Positions 36,901-44,241 of a DNA stretch of 61,479 nucleotides are shown piece by piece (the stretch's first letter is position 1; each line of letters starts with the position of its first letter). The position numbers were made by a program, and so were the translations under genes. A model generated the notes under the pieces. It ran no database searches, was not told the DNA's origin, and was given only the letters and a program-made list of their open reading frames with translations. The stretch is from Comamonadaceae bacterium (lineage in GTDB: Bacteria > Pseudomonadota > Gammaproteobacteria > Burkholderiales > Burkholderiaceae_C): contig JAHFQI010000002.1 in assembly GCA_023259355.1 (NCBI GenBank), positions 1 to 61,479 of the forward strand. Reading direction: 5' to 3'.

Positions 36901-39900
36901 CCTTCTGGGGCGCGCAACAGCGCTTTTTCAACCAGATCATCACGTCGATGCAGATGCCCGCCGTGCTGGCGCAGATGGAAGCGGACATTGCCGCCGGCCA
37001 TGCGGTGGTGGCGCAGCTGGTCAACACCAACGAGGCGCAGGCCAACCGCGCCATGGGCAAGCTCAAGGAAGAGGACGCCGACCTGGAGGAGTTGGACCTG
37101 ACCCCGCGCGACCAGCTGATTGGCATGGTCGAGAAGGCATTCCCGGTCCAGCAGTACGAAGAGTACGTTGACGATGAGGGCAAGAAGCGGGTCCGCCCGG
37201 TGGTCGACTCCAAGGGCAATCCGGTGCTGAACAAGCAGGCCGTGAAGATGCGCGACAAGCTGGTCGACGATTTGCGCAACATCCGGGTGCCCGAAGGCCC
37301 CCTGGAGCTGCTGGTCAACCACTTTGGCCCCGATGTGGTGGCCGAAGTCACCGGACGCGGCCAGCGCGTGGTCGCCGGCCAGTGGAGCCGCGAGCGCGGT
37401 GAAAAGGCCGGCAAGGCGTTCATCCAGAAGCGCGGATCCAGCGCCAACCGGGCCGACTCCGAGGCCTTCCAGGCCGACAAGAAGCGCCTGCTGGTGTTCT
37501 CCGACGCGGGCGGTACCGGCTTTTCGTTCCATTCGGACCTGGGCGCCAAGAACCAGCGCAAGCGCATGCACTACCTGCTGCAGCCTGGCTGGCGTGCTGA
37601 CAAGGCCGTGCAGGGGTTCGGTCGCACGCACCGCACCAACGAGGTCAACCAGCCGCATTACTACCTTGCCTCGACCGACATTCCGGCGCAAAAGCGGTTC
37701 CTGTCCGCGATCGCGCGGCGCCTGGACCAGCTGGGCGCCTTGACCAAGGGCCAGCGCGACACCGCCAACCAGGGCCTGTTCAGCGAAAAGGACAACCTGG
37801 AATCCAAGTACGCGACCCAGGCCGTGCGCTCGCTGCTCGATGGCGCGAACGCGGGCCAGATCGCGGACCTGGACTTCAACGAGCTGCTCCGGCAGATGGG
37901 TCTGGAGGACATCGTTGATCCGACGACCCACCAGATCGCGGAATCGAAGTACCCGCCCACGCAGCAGTTCCTGAATCGCATGCTGTCGCTGACCCTGGAC
38001 ATGCAGGGCAAGGTGTTCGATGCCTTCGCCACGCTGATGGACGAAAAGGTCCAGGTGGCGATCAAGACCGGCGAGATTGATGCCGGGGTGGAGACCATCC
38101 GGGCGCTGGAGACCAAGATCCAACGCGAGGAACTGGCCTACACCGATCCCAAGAGCGGCGCCGAGACCAAATACGTCGAGCTCGAGCTCACCCACGCCAC
38201 GAAGATTTACCCGTTCCAGTCGCTGGCCGAGCGCAGCAAGAGCTACTTCGCCAGCAAACGCAAGAGCGATTACGTGGTCAACGTCAAGAGCGGCCGGGTC
38301 TACTTGCGCACCGCCACGGGCATGCAGACCCAGCACAAGGACGGCCGCCTGCTCGATCGCTTCTCGATGGAGGGCACCGGCGGGCACGCCACGCGCACCA
38401 GCGACGACTTCGCCAAGAAGGAAAACTGGAAAGAGGTCAAGGAGGCTGAAGCCCGGGCCCTGTGGGAAGCGGAGAACGCCAAGAAGGAGCCGACCTGGAC
38501 CGAGCGCGCTCACATGCTTGTGGGCGCCATCCTGCCGATTTGGGACCGCATCAATGCCGACCGCACCCTCAAGGTGGTGCGCACGCAGACGACGGACGGC
38601 CGGCGGCTGCTGGGCATGCGCATCTACGAGGACCAGCTGGGCGACATTCTCAAGCGCCTGAACGTCGAAAGCGCCGTGGCCAAGATGAAGCCGGCGCAGA
38701 TCATGGCCGAGGTCCTCAAGGGCAAGGTCGCGGAGCTGGCCAACGGCTGGAAGATTGAGCGCGCCCGCGTGTCCAACGACGTGCGGGTGGAAATCATCGC
38801 TCGTTCCCTGTACGGGGCGGCCGAGCGCGAGCTCCTGGGCTACGGGGTGATCGGCGAGCGCATTTCATTCCAGCAGCGCTTTTTCATCCCCACCGGCGCC
38901 GATGGCGTCCAGGTGCTCGAAAAGATCCTCAAGAGCAAGCCCGCGGTGGACCTGACGGACCCGCGCCAGCAGACCGCCGCCAAGGCGGCTGACGACGAGG
39001 ACGCCGGGCAATTCAGGCGCGGCGACGCCACGCAGAGCCGCGGCCTGTCCTCGGCCGAGATCCGTACGGTCCTGGCCCAGGCCTTGGCCGCCCTGAAGGT
39101 GCCCTACGCGCTGCATGCCACGCTGGAAGCGGCGCGAGCGGCCACCGGTTTCAGCGACATCCCGAACGGCGTGAAAGGGGCCTACTTCAAGGGCAAGTTG
39201 CACCTGATCGCGGAGAACATCGCCGGGCCGCTGATGGCTGAGGAAGTTTTCTGGCATGAGGTCAATCACGCCGGGCTCGATGCGATGTACGGCAGCGGCT
39301 CCAAGGCTTACGAGAACGCGCTGCGCGGGCTGGCCCTGCAAAACGCCAACATTCGCGCGGCCGCCAAGGTCTGGATGGAGCGCTACGGCAAAGAGGATTA
39401 CGAGGGCCGTGTCGCTGCGGGCGTGAACCCAGAGCGGGCGATGCTGCGCACCAAGCTGCAGGCCGTCGACGAGGCGCTGGCCGAACTGGCCGGGCGCAAC
39501 GCGACGATCAAGGGGCTGCCCCGGTTCATCGCCCAGGTGCAGAAGTTCATGCGCGCGATCGGGCTGACGCGCCTGGCCAACGCGCTGGAGGGCATGACGG
39601 ACGCCCAGGCGCTTTCGATGATCCTGGGCGCGCGTGACGCAGTGACGCACCGCCGACAGGCTCAAGGCGCTGGCGCGCTGCAACCGGCCTTCAGCGCTGC
39701 GGTGGAAGGGCCTTCCGCATCCGATGGCGTCGCGCAGTTCTCGCGCGGCGGGCACCTGGGCGCGCTCGACGCGCGTCAGGAGCGGGCGCTGAAGGCCGTT
39801 GGGGCCCTCAAGCAGCCGCTGACCGCCAAGGAGCGCTTCACCCAGCTGCGCTCCAACCTGGGCACGCGCCTGGCGCAGGGGCTGTTCGACCAGTTCGCGC

Positions 39901-42218
39901 CGATCAAGGACCTGGACCCCAAGGCCTACATGATGGCGCGCCTGTCCAAGGGCAGCGAGGGCACCATGGAGGCGGCGCTGCTGTACGGGAAGCCCTTCCT
40001 GCGCGACGGGGTGCCTGACGTGGACATGGCCGAGGGTGGGTTCGCCAAGGTTCTGGCCGCGCTAAAGGGCGAGCATGACCGGTTCCTGTGGTGGGTGGCA
40101 GCCAACCGCGCCGAGCGGCTAAAGGCCGAGGGCCGCGAGAACCTGTTTACCGACCAGGACATCAGCGACTTGAAGACGCTGGCCGACGGCGACATGGCCG
40201 ACGGCACCAGCCGGGCCCAGGCGTTCGCCACGGCCTTGCGCGGTCTGAACGAGTACAACGACGCGGTGCTGAAAATGGCCGAGGAATCCGGCCTGATCGA
40301 CGCCGAGGCGCGCGAGCTGTTCAAGGGCCAGCCCTACGTGCCGTTCTACCGCGTCATGGAAGACGAGATGACCGGCCCGCGCTTTTCGTCGGGACTGGTG
40401 AACCAGAGCGCCTACAAAAAGCTCAAGGGCGGCACCAACCAGCTGAACGACGACCTGCTGGAGAACATGCTGCTGAACTGGGCGCACCTATACACCGCGG
40501 CGGCGCGCAACCGGGCGGCCCTGGCCACCATGGAAGCGGCCGACCGCCTGGCCATCGCCTACAAGATCAACCCGCACGCCGGCAGCACGAAAAAGGCCGT
40601 CAAGGTGATGCGGGATGGCGTGGCCGAGCACTGGCAGATCGAGGACCCATACCTGCTCGAGGCGGTGACGGCGCTGCACTACACGCCCAGCCCGCTGATG
40701 AAGCCGCTGGCCAAGATGAAGCAGCTGATGACCTTCGGCGTGACGGTCAATCCGGCCTTCAAGGTGCGCAACCTGCTGCGCGACTCGATCGCCTCGCTGG
40801 CCCTGGCCGACATGAACTACAACCCGCTCAAGAACGTCGTGCAGGGCTGGAAGACCAGCGGCCAGAACGCGCAGACCTATGCCAGCATGCTCGCGTCGGG
40901 CGGGGTGATGAAGTTCGGCACCCAGGAGAACGCTGAGCGCATGCGCCACAAGATCGCCAGGCTGGGCGGAACGCTGGTGAGCCAGGGCAACTGGTCGCAG
41001 CTGTCGCAATCCATGATCCAACTGTGGGAGGCCTACGAGGAACTGGGCGACCGCAGCGAGAACGTGAACCGCACGGCGCTGTACGAGCAGCTGATCGCCA
41101 AGGGCAAGACCCATGCGGAGGCCAGCTTCATGGCGCGCGACCTGATGGACTTTTCCATGAGCGGGCGCTACGCGGTGGTGCGGTTCCTGATTCAGACGGT
41201 GCCGTTCCTGAATGCCCGGCTGCAGGGCATGTACAAGCTGGGGCGCGCCGCGAAGGAAGACCCCAAGCGCTTTGCCACGATCGCCGCGGCCGTGTCGATG
41301 GCCAGCCTGGCACTGCTGGCCGCGTACAGCGATGACGACGACTGGAAAAAGCGTGAGGACTGGGACCGGGACAACTACTGGTGGTTCAAGGTTGGAGACA
41401 CCGCCTACCGGATCCCGCGGCCGTTCGAGATCGGCGCCATCGGCACGCTGGCCGAGCGCACCGCGGAACTGATGTTCTCCAAGGAAATGACGGCGCAGCG
41501 CTTCGGCGATCGCCTGTCGTTCATGATCGGCCAGACCTTCGCGTTGAACCCGGTGCCCCAGGCAGTCTCGCCGCTGTTCGACGTCTATGCCAATCGGGAC
41601 GCCTTCAGGCGCCAGCCGATCGAGTCGATGCACGACAAGAGCCTGCAGCCGCAGGACCGCCATGACGAGCGCACCAGCGAAGCCGCTCGCTTCCTGGGCC
41701 AGCTGGGCCTACCCGAGCCGCTGGCCCTGGCCAAGGGCGAGTACAACGAGCTCAGCCCGAAGCAATGGGACTTCCTGCTGCGCGGGTACTTCAGCTGGAT
41801 CGGCGCGTCGGTGGCTTCGCTGACCGACTACGCCATCCGGCCCATGATGGACCGCGGCGCGCGCCCGGACATGAAGATCCGGGGCGGGTTCGTGGAGCCG
41901 CTACCCAGCGGCGGCAGCCGCTATGTGAGCGTCTTCTACGAGCAGGCGCGCGACATCCAGGAGGCCTTTGCGAGCTACCGCGCGGCGCTGAAGGACGGCG
42001 ACACCGAACGCGCGCAGCAGCTACTGGGCCAGGGCAAGGTGCAAAACCACATCCAGGTGGGCCGCATCCGTCAGCGACTGGACGAGCTGAACGCGCTGGC
42101 CAAGCGCATCGAGGGCAACCGGATGATGAGCGGGGAGGTCAAGCGCACCAGGCTCGACGCGATCGATGCCAAGCGCAACGAGATCGCCAGCAGCTACGTT
42201 CTGAGGAAGACTCCGTAG
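27930..42218 (+). CDS. Giant polyvalent protein (4,762 codons from ATG 27930). Modules: Gly-zipper hydrophobic N-region, InPase-like domain, HExxH module 1, N6-adenine methyltransferase, strawberry-notch/SNF2-like helicase, HExxH module 2, and a large C-terminal domain
   Basis: GNYQKGH ... ENPRG ... YGYI ... DEHK at about 29440..29890. HEWTH at 32629..32643. EPSAGIGG at about 34659 and NPPF at 34854..34865. GDGTGVGKGRE at about 35866. FDEAHNAGN at about 36411. DAGGTGFSFH and GRTHRTNE at about 37500..37640. HEVNH at 39255..39269. DDDDWKKREDWDRDNYWWF at about 41330. Confidence 0.85.
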   Translation: MAKDQFGGIEVSGNTDQFGGTLVEDAPRPETSTAARVMSDLGKSLKSGVLQLPGQIAGLADVAPALAVGARPFTRAADALGDMTGFQPGKWAKEIQYSPEAQASQAEIDKTWDDPSAGAADVAGAYLRNPAYTANQVAQSVPGMVAGGVASRLIMGAGAVAPVVEKGIAAVPGYLERVVGSKMAAPIAGGIGEGAQQTGQQMDQGSELPDQQKNAAAALASGVIDAGIGAGLGRAANALGLETVETIMAKGLKYDQAAKPLKLGARTAGGATGEAAQEVLQSGQEQAWQNFAEDKPLGEGVARQAVEGGLTGGVMGGAANVMGAHQAPAPAPAPAPAVAIDPNAGPISRAASMLALPAPVTPANWELVDDRVLPAPPTLPAGAAPEPAPVALLPAPDPDEQTIMVGSRGDAAPMPSAVRTEAQNRAVEAQIADERAASVQADDIVGEQGRPFKTRIAAQAAAKRAGAGYAPTQINGGFVARPTSDVTDVAAKTEIDTAAHAAATSPHNDLPEPTDGQKEAGNYQKGHVQLHGLNITVENPRGSERTGKRPDGSQWSHTMSDHYGYIKRTVGADDEQVDVYLGPDSHNAERQVYVIDQLHQDTGKFDEHKAMLGYRDEASAIEAYKSNFDAGWKVGPVTPMPIGAFKEWLKDGNTKAQAAKAAPSPAIDQGAAAGGQAAGSDAAGNGVPVDHVAPVQLAPELSNGQDASPAAPVQEVKAPGTETPTATRGDAAGTAAAATGGGTGDLEAAGVRPLTLGITPNAADPVTVKDGIVHIGKDAAQNFDSGELIRVPEGATDAQIKKALTDGGAVSRRQKFYGGAKEEASTPAEQANTTAAAGPETAEAGTGETPAPGKSEAPPEAPENKPRGQDSLLQFPVGTHVRIVSWNKVGSENGLYAGRIGTVTKGHFDGWYIKLDPKPRERTKKEILVLQSNGLERIETETASTDPATAVPTPTTPARPATWRTNFIAAAKVARELGIDPKGKKLAALVAAIDAKDAEVGTKQPESGAAPAKVETPAAQQEQPTKNVLQQAREKAKVKAEAEKKAAAQAKADAREAERTLFNSLAARTDLDGKPVEDVLAAVQAGIQAAGVTVDGLKVQRLARAIHKQLAKTSAARAKEQHRIPAVRAAALGAAVTEAYPDAEIPPEQHGAFISGFDHAMAGRTKSTLSGDHLADMQRGYEAAMKWRKTEEGAAWYEGRPVNKLQNTGIDLRRHWELMREQMKAGESDIKRAWAQIERATTRADLFAPLLPEGVSPGFRLYVEAVRKDLRTFKDWLVTKHVASRNWSGEYFRGMVAPIDKVVEGSIWPDVEGVDSSQFIDDEAYRAEWLRKAADQYLNKVREFLSFLAGKSSVLEAAQAFDEKFVDKEFVARHPNGVGYKMAPEALNEYGKKHAGESYYSKGGELWDSRPGDLVQLRSTSEWTKELVDKEATIALPTKATPLTPPRLDRVTREGMTDQRKGENVTPQQFKETFGLADVGFGKWVGSKQDQDHLNYAFDALMDLANHFGTAPKNLGFGGQLHLTIGALGHGKFAAHFQAAHPSPEGTVQVINLTNTRGDGTVYHEWTHGLDHNLGGQWKEVRRRVLRYLTRSLDGQEQIDANAARFLTGGWYWKGDKRASKADAARRTLQRDGDGKNTTAYKQNADKLGEDYWGNEAELIARAAEAWAADTLGGTDTYLVNPAWVGDGAVTKEKGYRGTPYPSGTERKNMGEVFTALAKAIKWKDGRPTVALADFEAALPEHFSAGKNRVKELLQPGAMEALEQELLAKEAADKAAFEQANADKARREQEEIDKLAEQQINDLQPIVDPATPAETMGPLSDGDLSDIFDQAAAELREEGAEKPDQPAPGVHAEELPAEQDYAAERADKDKPSARDLAFIRDRVANGSPVLLPGTAWAHHNGFPTIQSMQSIEGASVRHVGYGMFEVTGRDLQGTFDAGGAMQQAPDGTPYTIFSKRGGTWEYPKARLLEVLDKAIGKAEPTTPNRAASPTKEQSEQYAKEDAQQKTAAQLIADAAKLGVNGADEALKGLSALFGGKPGRLNSFGAGFDEETYQAAKPHFEAALKAFQASGKSLKDLFKMLIQRFGDGIKEYAIRFAKDQNLTTHLGAQAQDAPLSPAATIARTVAKRLETGAGFDWKMLFALADSAFGGTQAEGKYSVQDAYDALELGMNQYLRTMQGRAYNPAVDADAAGQTVAALERVTQLLPTQTKRTKEKDQYQQFSTVPAFAFVANWAANIQPGDVMMEPSAGIGGLAVFAKNAGARLILNELSSSRAAVLQEIFPGEKIYTENAEQIDNILPESEVPTVVVMNPPFSNSAATGVNKKTAIGAQHVEQALARLAPGGRLVAIVGEGMERGKPTFAAWWKKIDAAYDVRAVIPVDGAGYAKYGTTFNNALLVIDKVAPSGRNVVTGKASNYTELIPLLGAIRNERPASTIAADGRGELEQHFAEQEHSGPVRQGEAETGAGTGPGGADLVGEGQPAGKRPGVGGGGGRRGDSGRSGRPGSNVPESGPPGSGERAEPGGSGPAGNEPGAGVRDTASGVTLGTETVGPQALTESIFENYQPQRLQVPGAKAHPGALVQSAAMASVLPPKPVYVPNLPAKTITEGALSIAQIEAVVYAGQAHAELLERTPEGVQPRRGFFIGDGTGVGKGREIGGIILDNIRQGRKKHVWISEKQGLLNDAARDFAGVLGTTADSVLKSGQLFNLSKRTQPGTWKVTAEDGILFTTYSTLRSAQKFGQFDAGDPVDLKDGSSGTLKSIAKSKRTISVILEGQSKAVTIQFAAVDSIGGDAAWERNLGNKPPAGWKPRTRMEQIKEWLGPDFDGVIAFDEAHNAGNAVAIKGERGFTDPSAQALAVVELQKQLPNARVVYVSATGATQVSNLSFATRLGLWGPGTPFAAVHHFIAQMTAGGLATMELVARDMKQMGAYLARSLSYDGVTYSRVEHELTEVQREIYDRLAQAWQVVLKNMNVALEITKGGKDGKAKGAARSAFWGAQQRFFNQIITSMQMPAVLAQMEADIAAGHAVVAQLVNTNEAQANRAMGKLKEEDADLEELDLTPRDQLIGMVEKAFPVQQYEEYVDDEGKKRVRPVVDSKGNPVLNKQAVKMRDKLVDDLRNIRVPEGPLELLVNHFGPDVVAEVTGRGQRVVAGQWSRERGEKAGKAFIQKRGSSANRADSEAFQADKKRLLVFSDAGGTGFSFHSDLGAKNQRKRMHYLLQPGWRADKAVQGFGRTHRTNEVNQPHYYLASTDIPAQKRFLSAIARRLDQLGALTKGQRDTANQGLFSEKDNLESKYATQAVRSLLDGANAGQIADLDFNELLRQMGLEDIVDPTTHQIAESKYPPTQQFLNRMLSLTLDMQGKVFDAFATLMDEKVQVAIKTGEIDAGVETIRALETKIQREELAYTDPKSGAETKYVELELTHATKIYPFQSLAERSKSYFASKRKSDYVVNVKSGRVYLRTATGMQTQHKDGRLLDRFSMEGTGGHATRTSDDFAKKENWKEVKEAEARALWEAENAKKEPTWTERAHMLVGAILPIWDRINADRTLKVVRTQTTDGRRLLGMRIYEDQLGDILKRLNVESAVAKMKPAQIMAEVLKGKVAELANGWKIERARVSNDVRVEIIARSLYGAAERELLGYGVIGERISFQQRFFIPTGADGVQVLEKILKSKPAVDLTDPRQQTAAKAADDEDAGQFRRGDATQSRGLSSAEIRTVLAQALAALKVPYALHATLEAARAATGFSDIPNGVKGAYFKGKLHLIAENIAGPLMAEEVFWHEVNHAGLDAMYGSGSKAYENALRGLALQNANIRAAAKVWMERYGKEDYEGRVAAGVNPERAMLRTKLQAVDEALAELAGRNATIKGLPRFIAQVQKFMRAIGLTRLANALEGMTDAQALSMILGARDAVTHRRQAQGAGALQPAFSAAVEGPSASDGVAQFSRGGHLGALDARQERALKAVGALKQPLTAKERFTQLRSNLGTRLAQGLFDQFAPIKDLDPKAYMMARLSKGSEGTMEAALLYGKPFLRDGVPDVDMAEGGFAKVLAALKGEHDRFLWWVAANRAERLKAEGRENLFTDQDISDLKTLADGDMADGTSRAQAFATALRGLNEYNDAVLKMAEESGLIDAEARELFKGQPYVPFYRVMEDEMTGPRFSSGLVNQSAYKKLKGGTNQLNDDLLENMLLNWAHLYTAAARNRAALATMEAADRLAIAYKINPHAGSTKKAVKVMRDGVAEHWQIEDPYLLEAVTALHYTPSPLMKPLAKMKQLMTFGVTVNPAFKVRNLLRDSIASLALADMNYNPLKNVVQGWKTSGQNAQTYASMLASGGVMKFGTQENAERMRHKIARLGGTLVSQGNWSQLSQSMIQLWEAYEELGDRSENVNRTALYEQLIAKGKTHAEASFMARDLMDFSMSGRYAVVRFLIQTVPFLNARLQGMYKLGRAAKEDPKRFATIAAAVSMASLALLAAYSDDDDWKKREDWDRDNYWWFKVGDTAYRIPRPFEIGAIGTLAERTAELMFSKEMTAQRFGDRLSFMIGQTFALNPVPQAVSPLFDVYANRDAFRRQPIESMHDKSLQPQDRHDERTSEAARFLGQLGLPEPLALAKGEYNELSPKQWDFLLRGYFSWIGASVASLTDYAIRPMMDRGARPDMKIRGGFVEPLPSGGSRYVSVFYEQARDIQEAFASYRAALKDGDTERAQQLLGQGKVQNHIQVGRIRQRLDELNALAKRIEGNRMMSGEVKRTRLDAIDAKRNEIASSYVLRKTP
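35209..35553 (+). CDS. Candidate nested (+1 frame) gene inside the giant ORF linker, 114 aa
   Basis: ATG follows GGGAG 9 nt upstream, and the stop is TAA. Hand count of GC at third positions: 95/114 in this frame against 49/115 in the giant frame over the same bases. The product is not low-complexity (4 Arg). Confidence 0.4.
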   Translation: MNAPHQPSQQTVVENLNSTSLSRNILALFAKAKQRPEPGLALVALILWVKDNPQGRDPAWVEAVADAAIQAEADDPEATYQNLAHPDLESAQSLEEAVPLVMSLAREFVTPPAE

Positions 42219-42490
42219 ACCAGGAAACCGGCAGCCAGCAGGGCCAGCGCGGCCCGCGCTGCCGGGAATACGGCCACCGCGATCGCCAGCCCAGCGCACA
42301 CCGCCAGCGCGACATGGCCGCTGCGGCTGCTGCGCCGGTAGGCCGCGCGCACGTAGAAGAACACCAGGCCGGCGCCGATCGCCACCATCAGCACCATCGC
42401 GTCCTGGCCGAACCCGTCGGCATCGGCACGCCAGCTTTGCGCCCGCGCCGCAAGGGGGATGAGCAGCGGCGCGAGGGCGATGAATTTCAT
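42194..42490 (-). CDS. Small membrane protein (signal peptide plus 2-3 TM), antisense moron within the late region
   Basis: MKFIALAPLLIPLAARAQS followed by hydrophobic helices. Very high GC3. Its 3-prime end overlaps the giant gene end by 25 nt, convergently. No clear SD. Confidence 0.65.
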   Translation of the reverse strand: MKFIALAPLLIPLAARAQSWRADADGFGQDAMVLMVAIGAGLVFFYVRAAYRRSSRSGHVALAVCAGLAIAVAVFPAARAALALLAAGFLVYGVFLRT

Positions 42491-42507
42491 GGCCCTGGAG
42501 GATAGAC

Positions 42508-42523
42508 CCCCGGTAGGGTTTTG
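42508..42523 (+). promoter_or_regulatory. Repeated motif copy 3 (CCCCGGTAGGGTTTTG)
   Basis: Lies in the 65-bp divergent intergenic region between 42490 (minus start) and 42556 (plus start). Confidence 0.5.
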
Positions 42524-42555
42524 TCATCACGGATGAGCCTCGGACACTGCGGGCC

Positions 42556-43245
42556 ATGCGCCGAATCCTTGTGTTGCTGATCCCCATCATGCTGACCGCG
42601 TGCGGCGGCGGAAATGCCGGTTACGGCCCGGTCAGTTGGTACTGCAACAGCGCCGAGAGCAGCGACTGGATCGACAACGGCGTCGTGGTGCACTCCAGCC
42701 CGACCTTCATCGAGCAGCTGAACGCCCTGGGCTCAACCCGCAACATCGACCACTGCCGCAACGGGCTGCAGCTGGGCGAGCTGCTGGCTGGCAGCCCGGT
42801 TGCGATGGACGTGCCGCCGGGCCCGCCGGTCCCATCGCTGGCCGAGCAACTGAAACACGACCCGGCGCCCGTCATCGTGATCGCCATGGGCGAGGTCGAG
42901 GCCATATTCACCGACCAGAAGCCGCCGGAGCACCTGGACCTGCTCGAACAGGCCGTGCGGATCGTGCGCGCCGCCGGCAAGACACCACAAATCGCCGGGC
43001 TGGTCCAGTTCGCGCCCACCGAGATCGTGACGACCGAGCGCCTGGAGCGCGTCAAGCAGTTCGACGACGTGCGCAGGTCCTTCGCGACGCTGAACCACCT
43101 GACCTTTTACGACCACCGCGCCGTGCCGTTCTATGGTGCCGACGATCAGCGCCCCGACCACCTGCACCCGGGGCCCGAATACCGCCAGCGGTTGGCCGGG
43201 GCCGACGCTGCCATGCAGCGGGCTGCGCGCGTTCCAGCTTACTGA
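42556..43245 (+). CDS. Lipoprotein with possible SGNH/GDSL-like hydrolase fold
   Basis: Lipobox IMLTAC. VIVIAMGEVEA and DHLHP resemble SGNH blocks III and V. Block I is not evident. Confidence 0.6.
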   Translation: MRRILVLLIPIMLTACGGGNAGYGPVSWYCNSAESSDWIDNGVVVHSSPTFIEQLNALGSTRNIDHCRNGLQLGELLAGSPVAMDVPPGPPVPSLAEQLKHDPAPVIVIAMGEVEAIFTDQKPPEHLDLLEQAVRIVRAAGKTPQIAGLVQFAPTEIVTTERLERVKQFDDVRRSFATLNHLTFYDHRAVPFYGADDQRPDHLHPGPEYRQRLAGADAAMQRAARVPAY

Positions 43246-43257
43246 AGGACACTTCCG

Positions 43258-43524
43258 ATGGCCGACACATCTTCCACCCTCGCAGAGGCGGCGACTGCCA
43301 CCTTCGTCACCAAAGCCGGCTACACGGTCGGAACCGCCGGCGCTGCGTCAACGCTGGTGCTGGGGCGCACCAGTGACGAATGGACCTCGATCGCGGCCCT
43401 CGTCAGCATGGCATTCGCGGTGATGGGGTTCCTGGTCGGGGCGCTCACCAACTTCTATTTCAAGAACAAGCACTACCGGCTGGCCGAGCTGCACGCCACA
43501 GCGATCGGGGACAGCGGTGACTGA
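43258..43524 (+). CDS. Holin (putative)
   Basis: 88 aa with a TM segment WTSIAALVSMAFAVMGFLVGALTNFYF and a charged C-terminus. Lies upstream of the endolysin. Confidence 0.6.
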   Translation: MADTSSTLAEAATATFVTKAGYTVGTAGAASTLVLGRTSDEWTSIAALVSMAFAVMGFLVGALTNFYFKNKHYRLAELHATAIGDSGD

Positions 43525-43717
43525 AAAGCTCTGGTACGAAAGGGCGGGTGGCCGCAAGTTCCTGCTGTGCAGCTTCTTCGGCGTGGTGTTCTGCCTGATG
43601 TTCGTCGCGGGGGCCCTTTCCGAGCCCGCGTTCGAGCGGCTGATCGCGGGAACCGTCGTCGCCTTCATCGTCGGTAACGTGGGCCAGAAGGCCCTGACCA
43701 AGCCGGCTGCGCCATGA
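43517..43717 (+). CDS. Second holin/antiholin-like membrane protein
   Basis: 66 aa with two hydrophobic helices. GTG start overlaps the holin end, and an ATGA overlap links it to the endolysin. Confidence 0.55.
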   Translation: MTEKLWYERAGGRKFLLCSFFGVVFCLMFVAGALSEPAFERLIAGTVVAFIVGNVGQKALTKPAAP

Positions 43718-44241
43718 GCAACGCGCGCATCATGGTCGCCGCCTTGAGCCTGTCGGCCACCGGCTTGGTGGCGATGGCCGTGCACGAGAGCTACACCGAC
43801 CAGGCGGTGATCCCGGTCAAAGGCGACGTGCCAACCTATGGCTTTGGTATGACCACGCGCCCGGACGGCTCACCCGTCCAGCTGGGCGACCGCACCACGC
43901 CAGTCGAGGCCCTGCAGCGCACGCTGGCCTACACCCAGAAGGCCGACGCCCAGATCAAGCGCTGCGTCAGCGCGCCGCTGCATCAGGCCGAGTACGACCT
44001 GATGGCCGACTTTGGCTACCAGTACGGCACCGGCGCCCTGTGCGCCTCGAGCATGGTCAGCCGCGCCAACGCTGGAGATTACGTCGGATCGTGCGAGGCC
44101 TACACCGAATACCGGTTCGTGGGCAAGAAGCCGAACCGCTACGACTGCTCCACCCTGATTGACGGCAAGCCGAACCGGCGCTGCTGGGGCGTCTGGACCC
44201 GCTCGCAAGGACGGCGCGCGAAGTGCCTGGAGGCCCAATGA
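43714..44241 (+). CDS. SAR endolysin, GH24 lysozyme family
   Basis: N-terminal weakly hydrophobic IMVAALSLSATGLVAMAV, then the E-x8-D-x5-T type catalytic pattern HESYTDQAVIPVKGDVPTYGFGMT. Confidence 0.8.
   Translation: MSNARIMVAALSLSATGLVAMAVHESYTDQAVIPVKGDVPTYGFGMTTRPDGSPVQLGDRTTPVEALQRTLAYTQKADAQIKRCVSAPLHQAEYDLMADFGYQYGTGALCASSMVSRANAGDYVGSCEAYTEYRFVGKKPNRYDCSTLIDGKPNRRCWGVWTRSQGRRAKCLEAQ

Noticed and set aside
32629-39269. Calling both HExxH modules of the giant protein active metallopeptidases.
   Set aside because: Only the HExxH pentapeptides and surrounding family-like context are visible. The third zinc ligand and activity cannot be judged from sequence by eye, so they are described only as HExxH modules.
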